A DNA stretch of 64,000 bases from NCBI GenBank assembly GCA_047456315.1, contig CP179889.1, positions 576,776 to 640,775 on the forward strand, read 5' to 3'. This document shows, piece by piece, positions 55,930-64,000 of this stretch. A model generated the notes under the pieces. That model ran no database searches and had not been told where the DNA came from. It saw nothing but the letters and a program-made list of their open reading frames with translations. Position 1 is the first letter of the stretch, and each line of letters starts with the position of its first letter. Position numbers and translations under genes: made by a program. This stretch comes from Candidatus Nealsonbacteria bacterium (lineage in GTDB: Bacteria > Patescibacteriota > Minisyncoccia > Minisyncoccales > JANBVM01).

Positions 55930-58900
55930 TTACTTTTGAAAACCTGTTCCTGCTGGTATCAGCTTACCAATAATAACATTTTCTTTTAATCCTCTAAGTG
56001 AGTCCTCTTTGCCTTCAATAGATGCCCTGATTAAAACACGAGAGGTTTCCTGAAATGAAGCAGCAGATAAGAATGATTCTGTTGTTAAAGCTACTTTTGA
56101 GATTCCCAGAAGAACTGGGACAGCTTTAGCCAGTTGAATGTTTTTGTCTTTTTTAATTTTTTTCAATTCCTTGAGCCTGATATTTTCTTCCATAAATACA
56201 GTTCTTTCAACGATTTCTCCAGTGGTGAAGTTGCTGTTTCCTGTTTCTTTAATTTTAACACGGGAAAACATCTGACGAATAATAACCTCAAGGTGCTTAT
56301 CATTAATCTGGGCTCCCTGGGAGAAATAAATCTTTTGAATTTCTTTTATTATATATCTCCAGGTTTTTTCTTTATTAGTAAGTTTAAATAGTTCTTTAAT
56401 ATCCAAGCTTCCCTCGCAAAGCTGCTGGCCCTTTTTCACTCTTTGCCCTGGTTCAACCAAGACTATTGTCTGAGAAGAAATCTTATGCTCCACAATATCT
56501 GTTGCTTTCTTTTTTGACTTCTGATTTTTAACTTCAATCTTTATTATTTTATCCTCAGTTATTTCCTTAACCTTACCGTCAGCCAAAGAAAGCTCTGCCT
56601 TTCCTGCAGGAATACGAGCTTCAAAAAGCTCCTGCACTCTTGGAAGACCAGAAGTAATATCTCCTGCGCTGGCAACTCCACCAGTGTGAAAAGTTCTCAG
56701 TGTTAACTGGGTGCCAGGTTCCCCCACTGCCTGAGCTGCAATCACTCCCACTGCTTCACCAAGCTTAACTAGTTTATTGTCTCCCAAATCCAAGCCATAG
56801 CATTTCTGACAAACTCCTCTAACGCTTTTACAGCTCAAAGGAGAGCGAACCATTATTCTCTCTATTTTAGATTTTGCAATTTTCTCCGCCTTTTCTTTGT
56901 CAATTATTTCTCCTTTTTTACAAATTCCTCTGATATTTTCCAGTGAAATCTTTCCTGCTATTTTAAACATAAGGTCTTGGCCAATTTGATCAGCATCTTC
57001 TTTGAGAATTTCGATGCCAGTATCATCCTTGCAGTCTGGCTCTGAGACAATTACTTCATGAGAAACATCAACTAATCTTCTTGTTAAATACCCTGCAGTG
57101 CTTGTTCTTAGAGCTGTATCAGCTGTTCCTTTTCTTGCGCCATGAGTAGCAATAAAATACTCCAGCACAGAAAATCCTTCTTTGTAAGAACTCTTTACCG
57201 GTAATTCAATTATTTCACCAACTGGGTTAATAACCAATCCTTTCATTCCGCACATCTGAACAATTTGAGACCATGAACCCTTAGAACCAGCATTTACCAT
57301 TTGAAAAATTGGGTTTCTTTGAGGCAGGGATGATCTAACCTTTTTTTCTAAATCCAGTTTTGCCTTGCTCCAAATTCCTATTATTTTTCCAGATTTTTCT
57401 TCCGGAGTTAACAATCCTTTTTTAAAGTAACTTTCAATTTTATACTCTTCGTTTTGAGCTATTTCTAAGATTTCACCTTTTTCTTTTGGTAAAATTAAAT
57501 CATTCATTCCCCAGGTAATACCAGACAAAGTAGAGTATTCAAAACCAAGGTCTTTAATTTTATCCAAGGTTATTTCAACAATTTCAGTTGGATATTTTTC
57601 AATAATCTCACCAATAATTTTTCTTAAATCTTTAATGGTTATTAAATGATTTTGAAAAGCAAACTTAGCTGGCAGGGCCTCATTGAAAATAATCCTGCCT
57701 ATCGAGGTTTCTGTTAAATTGTTTGATTTTTTGGAAGTCTTTAATTTAATTTTTGCTTTTAAATCTACTTCATTAAACTCATGGGCTAAGATAGCTTCAT
57801 CTTTAGTCGCGAAAACCTTTCCTTCTCCTTTTAATCCTTCCCAGACATCAGTTAACCAATAACAACCAAGAACAATATCTTGGTCTAAAGATGAAACAGG
57901 AAGTCCGGTTGCTGGCTTTAAAAAGTTTGAACTGCTCAGCATTCTTTCTTTAGCTTCTTTCCGAGCCATTTCAGATAAAGGAACATGGACTGCCATTTGG
58001 TCTCCATCAAAGTCAGCGTTAAAAGCCTTACAAACCATTGGATGAATTCTAATTGCCTCTCCTCCAATCAGTATTGGATAAAATGCCTGAACTCCTAATC
58101 TGTGAAGAGTTGGCGCTCGGTTTAAAAGAATTGGTTTGTCTTTTACCTCTTCTTCCAAGCAAGTCCAGACTTCATCAGTTTTTTCCTCAATTAAACGGGA
58201 AGCTCCTCTGACATTGTAAGCAAGTTCTTTTTGCAGTAATTTTTTAATAACAAAAGGTTTGAAAAGCTCTAGAGCCATTTTCTTTGGCAAGCCCACCTGA
58301 TTAATTTTTAAATCAGGTCCAACAACTATTACTGACCTGCCCGAGTAATCAACTCTTTTCCCTAGTAAGTTTTGCCTGAATCTTCCTTGTTTTCCTTTTA
58401 AAATATCAGCCAAGGATTTTAACAACCTTCTTCCGCCAGTTGTTGCTTTTGTGGTTGTTCCGCGCCGCATTCCATTATCAATCAAAGAATCAACTGCTTC
58501 CTGCAGCATTCTCTTTTCATTTCTAACAATTACTTCTGGAGCACCAATTTCCAGCAAGTATTTTAATCTATTGTTTCTATTAATTACACGCCTGTACAAG
58601 TCATTTAAATCAGAGGAGGCGTATCTTCCTCCATCAAGCTGCACCATTGGGCGAAGATCAGGAGGCAGCACTGGTAAAACTGTAAGAAACATCCATTCAG
58701 GCCGAATCTTCATTCTTTTCATGGCCTGAAGGGTTTTTAGTCTTCTTAAAAGCTTTTTTTTGTTCTGAGCGCTTACTTCTTTAAGCTCTTCTTTTAATTT
58801 TTTAACGTCTTTTGAAAAGTTAATTCCCTGGCAAATCTTCTGAAGTGTCTCAGCTCCTGTTCCCGCATCAAAGATTTCTCCATATTTAAATGAAAAATCA

Positions 58901-59535
58901 CGGTATTCTGCCTCAGATAAAACCTTTGACGGATTAATTGATGTAACCTCTTCTTTAGCTTTATTTCTGGCAGTTTTTAACTCCTGAAGCTTGGAGCTTA
59001 TTGTTTTCTTTAATGTCTTTTTCCCTTTTTTCTTGGCTGTTGATTCTGTTTTTATCCTTTTAATTTTTATTTTATATTCTTTTTCAATGTTTCCTAAAAC
59101 TTCTTTCTTTGCTGTTTCGTTCACATCAATAACAATATATGAAGCGAAATAAACCACTTTTTCTAAATCCTGCTTTGGAAGATCAAGAATCATTCCTATT
59201 CTCGAAGGGATTCCTTTTAAAAACCATATATGGGAAACAGGTGATGCTAGCTTAATATGACCCATTCTTTCCCGTCTTACTGAGGATTTTGTTACCTCCA
59301 CTCCGCACCTATCGCAAACTATTCCTTTGTAACGGATTCTCTTGTATTTTCCGCAATAGCATTGATAATCTTTTTCTGGACCAAAAATCTTCTGACAAAA
59401 CAGTCCGTCTTTTTCAGCTCTCTGGGTTCGATAGTTTATTGTCTCTGGTTTGGTAACCTCACCATGACTCCATGACAAAATATCTTCCTCAGACGCTATT
59501 TTTATTCTAATTGCTTCTAAATTTTCTACTCTCAT
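55930..59535 (-). CDS. rpoC: DNA-directed RNA polymerase subunit beta'
   Basis: Zinc finger CYCGKYK...CDRCG and catalytic NADFDGDQM. Confidence 0.97.
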   Translation of the reverse strand: MRVENLEAIRIKIASEEDILSWSHGEVTKPETINYRTQRAEKDGLFCQKIFGPEKDYQCYCGKYKRIRYKGIVCDRCGVEVTKSSVRRERMGHIKLASPVSHIWFLKGIPSRIGMILDLPKQDLEKVVYFASYIVIDVNETAKKEVLGNIEKEYKIKIKRIKTESTAKKKGKKTLKKTISSKLQELKTARNKAKEEVTSINPSKVLSEAEYRDFSFKYGEIFDAGTGAETLQKICQGINFSKDVKKLKEELKEVSAQNKKKLLRRLKTLQAMKRMKIRPEWMFLTVLPVLPPDLRPMVQLDGGRYASSDLNDLYRRVINRNNRLKYLLEIGAPEVIVRNEKRMLQEAVDSLIDNGMRRGTTTKATTGGRRLLKSLADILKGKQGRFRQNLLGKRVDYSGRSVIVVGPDLKINQVGLPKKMALELFKPFVIKKLLQKELAYNVRGASRLIEEKTDEVWTCLEEEVKDKPILLNRAPTLHRLGVQAFYPILIGGEAIRIHPMVCKAFNADFDGDQMAVHVPLSEMARKEAKERMLSSSNFLKPATGLPVSSLDQDIVLGCYWLTDVWEGLKGEGKVFATKDEAILAHEFNEVDLKAKIKLKTSKKSNNLTETSIGRIIFNEALPAKFAFQNHLITIKDLRKIIGEIIEKYPTEIVEITLDKIKDLGFEYSTLSGITWGMNDLILPKEKGEILEIAQNEEYKIESYFKKGLLTPEEKSGKIIGIWSKAKLDLEKKVRSSLPQRNPIFQMVNAGSKGSWSQIVQMCGMKGLVINPVGEIIELPVKSSYKEGFSVLEYFIATHGARKGTADTALRTSTAGYLTRRLVDVSHEVIVSEPDCKDDTGIEILKEDADQIGQDLMFKIAGKISLENIRGICKKGEIIDKEKAEKIAKSKIERIMVRSPLSCKSVRGVCQKCYGLDLGDNKLVKLGEAVGVIAAQAVGEPGTQLTLRTFHTGGVASAGDITSGLPRVQELFEARIPAGKAELSLADGKVKEITEDKIIKIEVKNQKSKKKATDIVEHKISSQTIVLVEPGQRVKKGQQLCEGSLDIKELFKLTNKEKTWRYIIKEIQKIYFSQGAQINDKHLEVIIRQMFSRVKIKETGNSNFTTGEIVERTVFMEENIRLKELKKIKKDKNIQLAKAVPVLLGISKVALTTESFLSAASFQETSRVLIRASIEGKEDSLRGLKENVIIGKLIPAGTGFQK

Positions 59536-59539
59536 ATGT

Positions 59540-62500
59540 TTACTTTGTCCTTCTTTTAGATTTTTCTTTTACTTCAACATTCAATCCTATTGCTTTTAAT
59601 TCATTAACCAACAGATTAAATGAAGCTGGAAGATTGGGTTCTTTTATTTTCTCTCCTTTTAATATTGATTCATAGGTAGATGCTCTTCCCACAACATCAT
59701 CTGATTTTATAGTTAACATTTCCTGCAAGCAGTGAGCTGCTCCATATCCTTCCAGGGCCCAAACCTCCATCTCTCCAAAGCGCTGACCTCCAAACTGAGC
59801 TTTTCCTCCTAAAGGCTGCTGGGTAATTAAAGAATAAGGGCCGATTGATCTCATATGAATTTTATCCTCAACCATATGGATTAACTTCATCATATATAAA
59901 TAGCCAACAGTAACTCTTTTCGGAAATGGTTTTCCAGTTCTTCCGTCAAATAAAACAACTTTCCCATCTTCAGGAAGCCCTGCTTTTTTAAGCTCTTTTT
60001 TAATATCTTGGGCATTGGCTCCAGAAAGGGCTGGAGTAACAGCATGGTAATCAAGGTTTTTTGCTGCCCAGCCAAGATGAGTTTCTAGCACCTGACCCAG
60101 ATTCATACGGGAAACAACTGTTAATGGGTTTATAATCATATCAACAGGGGTTCCATCTTCCATAAACGGCATCTCTTCTACTGGCAGCACTTTGGAAATC
60201 ACTCCTTTGTTACCATGACGGCCAGCCAGCTTATCGCCTGCCTGAACCTTTCTTATCTGAGCTATCTCAACCTCAATTCTCTTGATAACTCCTGCATTAA
60301 GTTTATGTCCAAGTTCTCTGGAGAATATTTTTACTCCTATAACTCTGCCTCTTTTTCCATGCTCCATCCTTAAAGAGCTGTCTTTCACTTCTTTTGCTTT
60401 TTCTCCAAAAATTGCTCTAAGCAGTCTTTCTTCTGAAGTTAACTCTGCTTCTCCTTTTGGAGAAATCTTTCCAACTAAAATATCATTAGGCCCCACTTCA
60501 GCGCCAAGCCTGACAATTCCTTCTTCATCTAAATCTTTTAATTTTTCTTCTGAGACATTGGGAATATCGCTGGTTGTAACCTCTGGTCCCAGCTTAGTTT
60601 CCCTGACATCACAGGTAAAGCTATCAATGTAAATAGAGGTATAAACATCATCTTTTACCAATCTCTCTGAAACAAGTATTGCATCTTCAAAGTTTCCTCC
60701 GCGCCAAGGTAAAAAAGCAATTAAAGCATTCTGGCCCAAAGACAGATGGCCTTTTGAAATAGCTCCTCCATCAGTTAAAATCTGGCCTTTTTTAACTTTC
60801 TGGCCTTTTTTCACAATTGGCTTTTGATGAAAAGCTGTGTACTGGTTTGTTCTAACAAAGGTTTTTAATTGATAATTCTTGCTGCCCACTTTAATGTGTT
60901 GAGCATCAGCTTCCTTAACTATTCCATCTGTTTCACTAACAATAACTTGCCCAGAGTCCTTAGCCACTCTTTCTTCTACTCCAGTCATTACCAGCGGAGG
61001 TTCTGGAGAAATTAAAGGAACTGATTGTCTTTGCATGTTTGAACCCATTAAAGCCCGGTTAGCATCATCATTTTGTAAAAATGGAATCAGGGAAGTGGCA
61101 ATAGAGATTGTCTGCTGAGGAGAAACATCAATAAAATCAGCTTCATTTTTATCAATTATATCTGGCGATCCTTTTACTCTTGCCTCAACTTTTTGAGATA
61201 TAATGTTTCCTTTTTCATCTACTGGTATTACTCCTGAAGCAATGTTGTAATTTTCCTCTTCATATGCAGAAAGATACTGGACTTTTGAAGTTACTCTTCC
61301 TTCTTTCACTTTAAGATACGGGGTTTCTAAAAAACCATAGGAATTAATTCTGGCATAGGAAGCAAGATGACCCACCAAACCAATATTTGGACCTTCAGGA
61401 GTTTGAATGGGACAGATTCTTCCATAATGCGATGGTTGAACATCTCTTACCTCAAAACCCGCTCTTTCTCTTGTTAGTCCGCCTGGTCCTGTTGCCGTTA
61501 ACCTCCTTTTATGCTCCAATTCAGCCAAAGGATTTTCGTTATCCATAAACTGGCACATCTGGCTGGAGGTAAAAAACTCTTTTACTATGGCCATAACAGG
61601 CCTGGGATTAATAAGCTGAACCGGAGTTAAAGTAGCAGTATCCAGGGTGGACATTCTGTCTTTTACATTTCTTTCCATTCTCATTAATCCTAATCTTAAT
61701 CTGTTGATAAGCAGTTCTGTAAAAGGCCTCACTCTTCTGTTACCTAAGTGATCAATTTGATCAGGTCTTGCCTCTGGGTTATTGTTTAAACGAATAATTT
61801 CTCTTAAAACTATTAATACATCTTCTGGTTTTAAAACTCTATCTTCAATTTCTATTTTCTCATCCAAGCTTTTTTTCTTGGTCTTTGTTGCTGAATTCCT
61901 TCTTAACTCTGGTAATCTCTGCCACATACGCCATCTTCCAACTTTTGATAAGTCATATCTTTCAAAATTAAAGAACATGTTCTCTATCAATTCTCTGGCA
62001 GTATCAGGAGTGCCTAAATCGCCAGGTCTTAATGTTTGATAAACTTCTACTAAGGCCTCTGCTTGATTATGAGAAGCGTCTCTTTTAAAGGTTTCCTCAA
62101 TATAGTCTTTTTCTCCTTTATTTACATCCTGGAATTTTTGTTTGATATCTTTATTATCAACAAAGCCAAAAGCTCTTAAGAGCGTTGTTGCAGCTACTTT
62201 TCTGCGCCTGTCAATTTTTACTCCTATTGTTCCCGAGAGTTCTGTTTCAAATTCCAGCCAGGCTCCTCTGTTAGGAATGATTTTTGCTCCAAAATAGTTC
62301 TTGTCGCCTACTCTTCTGGCAGTAAAAAAAGCTCCGGGTGAACGGATTAATTGGGAAATTGCCACTCTTTCTACTCCATTTACAACAAAAGTTCCTCTTT
62401 CTGTTGGAAGAGGTATGTCGCAGAGATAAATTTCCTGTTCTTTTATTGCTTTGGTTTTTAAGTTAACCAGTCTTGTTTTTACCCTTAGAGCAGATTCATA

Positions 62501-62743
62501 GGAATCATTGTTCTTTTTTGCTTCAACGTATGATTTGTATTTTGGCTTATCCAGCTTATAATCCAAAAACCAAAGCTCCAGCTCTTTTTTAGCATGGTCT
62601 CGAATAGGAGAAATTTCTTCAAACAAGGATTTTAGGTTTTTCTCCCAGAAAATTTTCCAACTTTCTTTTGTTAAGCCCAGTAGATATGGTAAAGGCAAAA
62701 ATATTTTTGATTTGGCAAAGTTTTTTGTTTTCAGGCAAGTCAT
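59540..62743 (-). CDS. rpoB: DNA-directed RNA polymerase subunit beta
   Basis: Conserved rpoB blocks (GRHGNKGV, the rifampicin-cluster region FFTSSQMCQFMDNENPL). Start taken at the ATG (MTCLK); the track ORF starts at an upstream TTG (62776). Confidence 0.96.
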   Translation of the reverse strand: MTCLKTKNFAKSKIFLPLPYLLGLTKESWKIFWEKNLKSLFEEISPIRDHAKKELELWFLDYKLDKPKYKSYVEAKKNNDSYESALRVKTRLVNLKTKAIKEQEIYLCDIPLPTERGTFVVNGVERVAISQLIRSPGAFFTARRVGDKNYFGAKIIPNRGAWLEFETELSGTIGVKIDRRRKVAATTLLRAFGFVDNKDIKQKFQDVNKGEKDYIEETFKRDASHNQAEALVEVYQTLRPGDLGTPDTARELIENMFFNFERYDLSKVGRWRMWQRLPELRRNSATKTKKKSLDEKIEIEDRVLKPEDVLIVLREIIRLNNNPEARPDQIDHLGNRRVRPFTELLINRLRLGLMRMERNVKDRMSTLDTATLTPVQLINPRPVMAIVKEFFTSSQMCQFMDNENPLAELEHKRRLTATGPGGLTRERAGFEVRDVQPSHYGRICPIQTPEGPNIGLVGHLASYARINSYGFLETPYLKVKEGRVTSKVQYLSAYEEENYNIASGVIPVDEKGNIISQKVEARVKGSPDIIDKNEADFIDVSPQQTISIATSLIPFLQNDDANRALMGSNMQRQSVPLISPEPPLVMTGVEERVAKDSGQVIVSETDGIVKEADAQHIKVGSKNYQLKTFVRTNQYTAFHQKPIVKKGQKVKKGQILTDGGAISKGHLSLGQNALIAFLPWRGGNFEDAILVSERLVKDDVYTSIYIDSFTCDVRETKLGPEVTTSDIPNVSEEKLKDLDEEGIVRLGAEVGPNDILVGKISPKGEAELTSEERLLRAIFGEKAKEVKDSSLRMEHGKRGRVIGVKIFSRELGHKLNAGVIKRIEVEIAQIRKVQAGDKLAGRHGNKGVISKVLPVEEMPFMEDGTPVDMIINPLTVVSRMNLGQVLETHLGWAAKNLDYHAVTPALSGANAQDIKKELKKAGLPEDGKVVLFDGRTGKPFPKRVTVGYLYMMKLIHMVEDKIHMRSIGPYSLITQQPLGGKAQFGGQRFGEMEVWALEGYGAAHCLQEMLTIKSDDVVGRASTYESILKGEKIKEPNLPASFNLLVNELKAIGLNVEVKEKSKRRTK

Positions 62744-62903
62744 ATTAATAAATATAAAAATGCTCCTAACAGCCAAAAAGCCCCTATACGTTAATGGGGA
62801 AACGCCTTTTTATAACTTTTCTAAGCTAAAGGAAACAAATTGAAATTATATATAAAAGATTAATAACAATATATAAAAATATAGTCCAAGGACTGTGAAT
62901 GTA

Positions 62904-62932
62904 ATTTTAGCTAGTTTTTAAAAAAATGTCAA
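62904..62932 (-). promoter_or_regulatory. Sigma70-type promoter upstream of rpoB
   Basis: Minus strand reads TTGACA - 17 nt - TAAAAT, leaving a leader of ~150 nt. Confidence 0.5.
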
Positions 62933-63009
62933 GAAGATTAATAGACCTTGTTGTGCTTGTTGATCCGCAGAAATAGTGATTATTATTTTATCCGTAGAGC
63001 TTATATTAA

Positions 63010-64000
63010 CTATTCTTCCCTTAATTCCTTTAATTTCTGAACAATGTCTTGATTGGCAGGATTTAATTCTAAAACTTTCTCAAAAACAGAAATTGCCTTC
63101 TGTTTTTCTCCTTTAGCCGCATAAGCTACTCCAAGAGAATAAAGGCTGTTGGAATGATTTGGCACTATGCTAAGTATTGCTTCAAACTGAGCAATTGCCC
63201 TGTCTGATTCGCCTTTGTTAAAGTAAAGTCTGCCCAAATGAAACTGAGCTTCAACGTTAAATGGATAAGCTTTGACTAATTTTTCTGCTTCTTTAATAGC
63301 TGCATCTAAATTTCCTTCTCTTTCATAAATCAACACTTCTTGAATTAAAGCGTCTAGATAATCTGGTTTTAATTCTTTGGCTTGAGCAAAACTTTCTTTT
63401 GCTTTCTCAATGTTTTCATCTTTTGAAATTAAATAGAGCTTACCAATTTCTGTATAGAGAATTGGATTCTTGCTTTCAAGATTGACAGCTTCCTTAAAAG
63501 ACATGATTGCCCAATCAGCAGCACCGTCAACATATATCTGTATGTCCCTATAAATCATTCCTAAGGTTTCCCAAACAGCAACAGTATTGGGAGAAAGTTC
63601 GGTTGCTTTTTTCCCATAATCAATAGCGCTTATCATGAATCTTTGAATTTTTTCAGCATCTTGCTGATCTGCTGGTTTCTTTAACTCATTTAAAAAAGAG
63701 AATAAATAAATTCTGGCTGAAAATGTTTGATAAGTAAACAACTTAGGATTCAAACTAATAGCTTTTTCTAATAACTCTATTTTGTCTTCTATGATGAAAA
63801 CTGTTTGAGCTTTAGCATAATTAATATCAGCCAGATAAAATTTTACGGCAAAATAATAGCTAATTGAAACAGCTAACAATACCAAGATTAGAATCGTAGA
63901 AAAAATCAAGTTTAATTCAGGCAGGTCTTTTAAAGATATAACTTTAACAGACTTATCTCTATGCTGCCAAGATACTACGCTCAAAGCCAAAATAAACCAA
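63010..64000 (-). CDS. TPR-repeat protein, C-terminal part (probably continues past the right edge)
   Basis: One TM helix followed by about six TPR units (AIAQFEAILSIVPNHSNSLYSLGVAYAAKGEKQKAISVFEKVLELNP). No stop codon lies between the track start (a TTG) and the window end. Confidence 0.7.
   Translation of the reverse strand, partial: WFILALSVVSWQHRDKSVKVISLKDLPELNLIFSTILILVLLAVSISYYFAVKFYLADINYAKAQTVFIIEDKIELLEKAISLNPKLFTYQTFSARIYLFSFLNELKKPADQQDAEKIQRFMISAIDYGKKATELSPNTVAVWETLGMIYRDIQIYVDGAADWAIMSFKEAVNLESKNPILYTEIGKLYLISKDENIEKAKESFAQAKELKPDYLDALIQEVLIYEREGNLDAAIKEAEKLVKAYPFNVEAQFHLGRLYFNKGESDRAIAQFEAILSIVPNHSNSLYSLGVAYAAKGEKQKAISVFEKVLELNPANQDIVQKLKELREE

Noticed and set aside
62781-62799. 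Hairpin CCCC-N11-GGGG plus a T-run in the rpoB leader as a possible attenuator.
   Set aside because: A 4-bp stem with an 11-nt loop is too weak to call without conservation data.

Overview
Low-GC, gene-dense bacterial window. It has the look of a streamlined Patescibacteria/CPR-type genome: short informational proteins, a DUF5679 mini-protein, lamin-tail and giant surface proteins, and few clear Shine-Dalgarno sites. That placement is inference only. Standard code 11 is in use (TGA, TAA and TAG all end conserved genes).

Core content:
- str/S10 operon on the minus strand: rpsL-rpsG-fusA-tuf-rpsJ-rplC.
- rpoB-rpoC, ftsK, recA, rpsF-ssb-rpsR, ychF, trpS, RNase J, galU, groES-groEL with a CIRCE-like operator, htpX-lemA, dnaG-rpoD.
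- Four tRNAs: Pro-GGG, Asn-GTT, Ser-GGA, Leu-CAG.

Accessory content, most interesting first:
1. 29.6-34.2 kb: a run of small same-strand genes next to tRNA-Asn. The genes are separated by degenerate copies of a unit that resembles the 3' end of tRNA-Asn plus its terminator. On the other side of the tRNA sit a truncated tRNA-like fragment and an HTH/LAGLIDADG-like ORF.
2. 23.2-29.6 kb: a 2139-aa surface protein with a very recent 534-nt tandem duplication.
3. 18.1-22.8 kb: a conserved but functionally unassigned operon (DUF134, two MinD-ferredoxin ATPases, AhpD-like, CDF-NifX fusion, NifX-like, zinc ribbon, DUF5320).
4. 11.3-13.6 kb: a metal/redox neighbourhood.

No rRNA, CRISPR array, transposase or integrase was recognisable.
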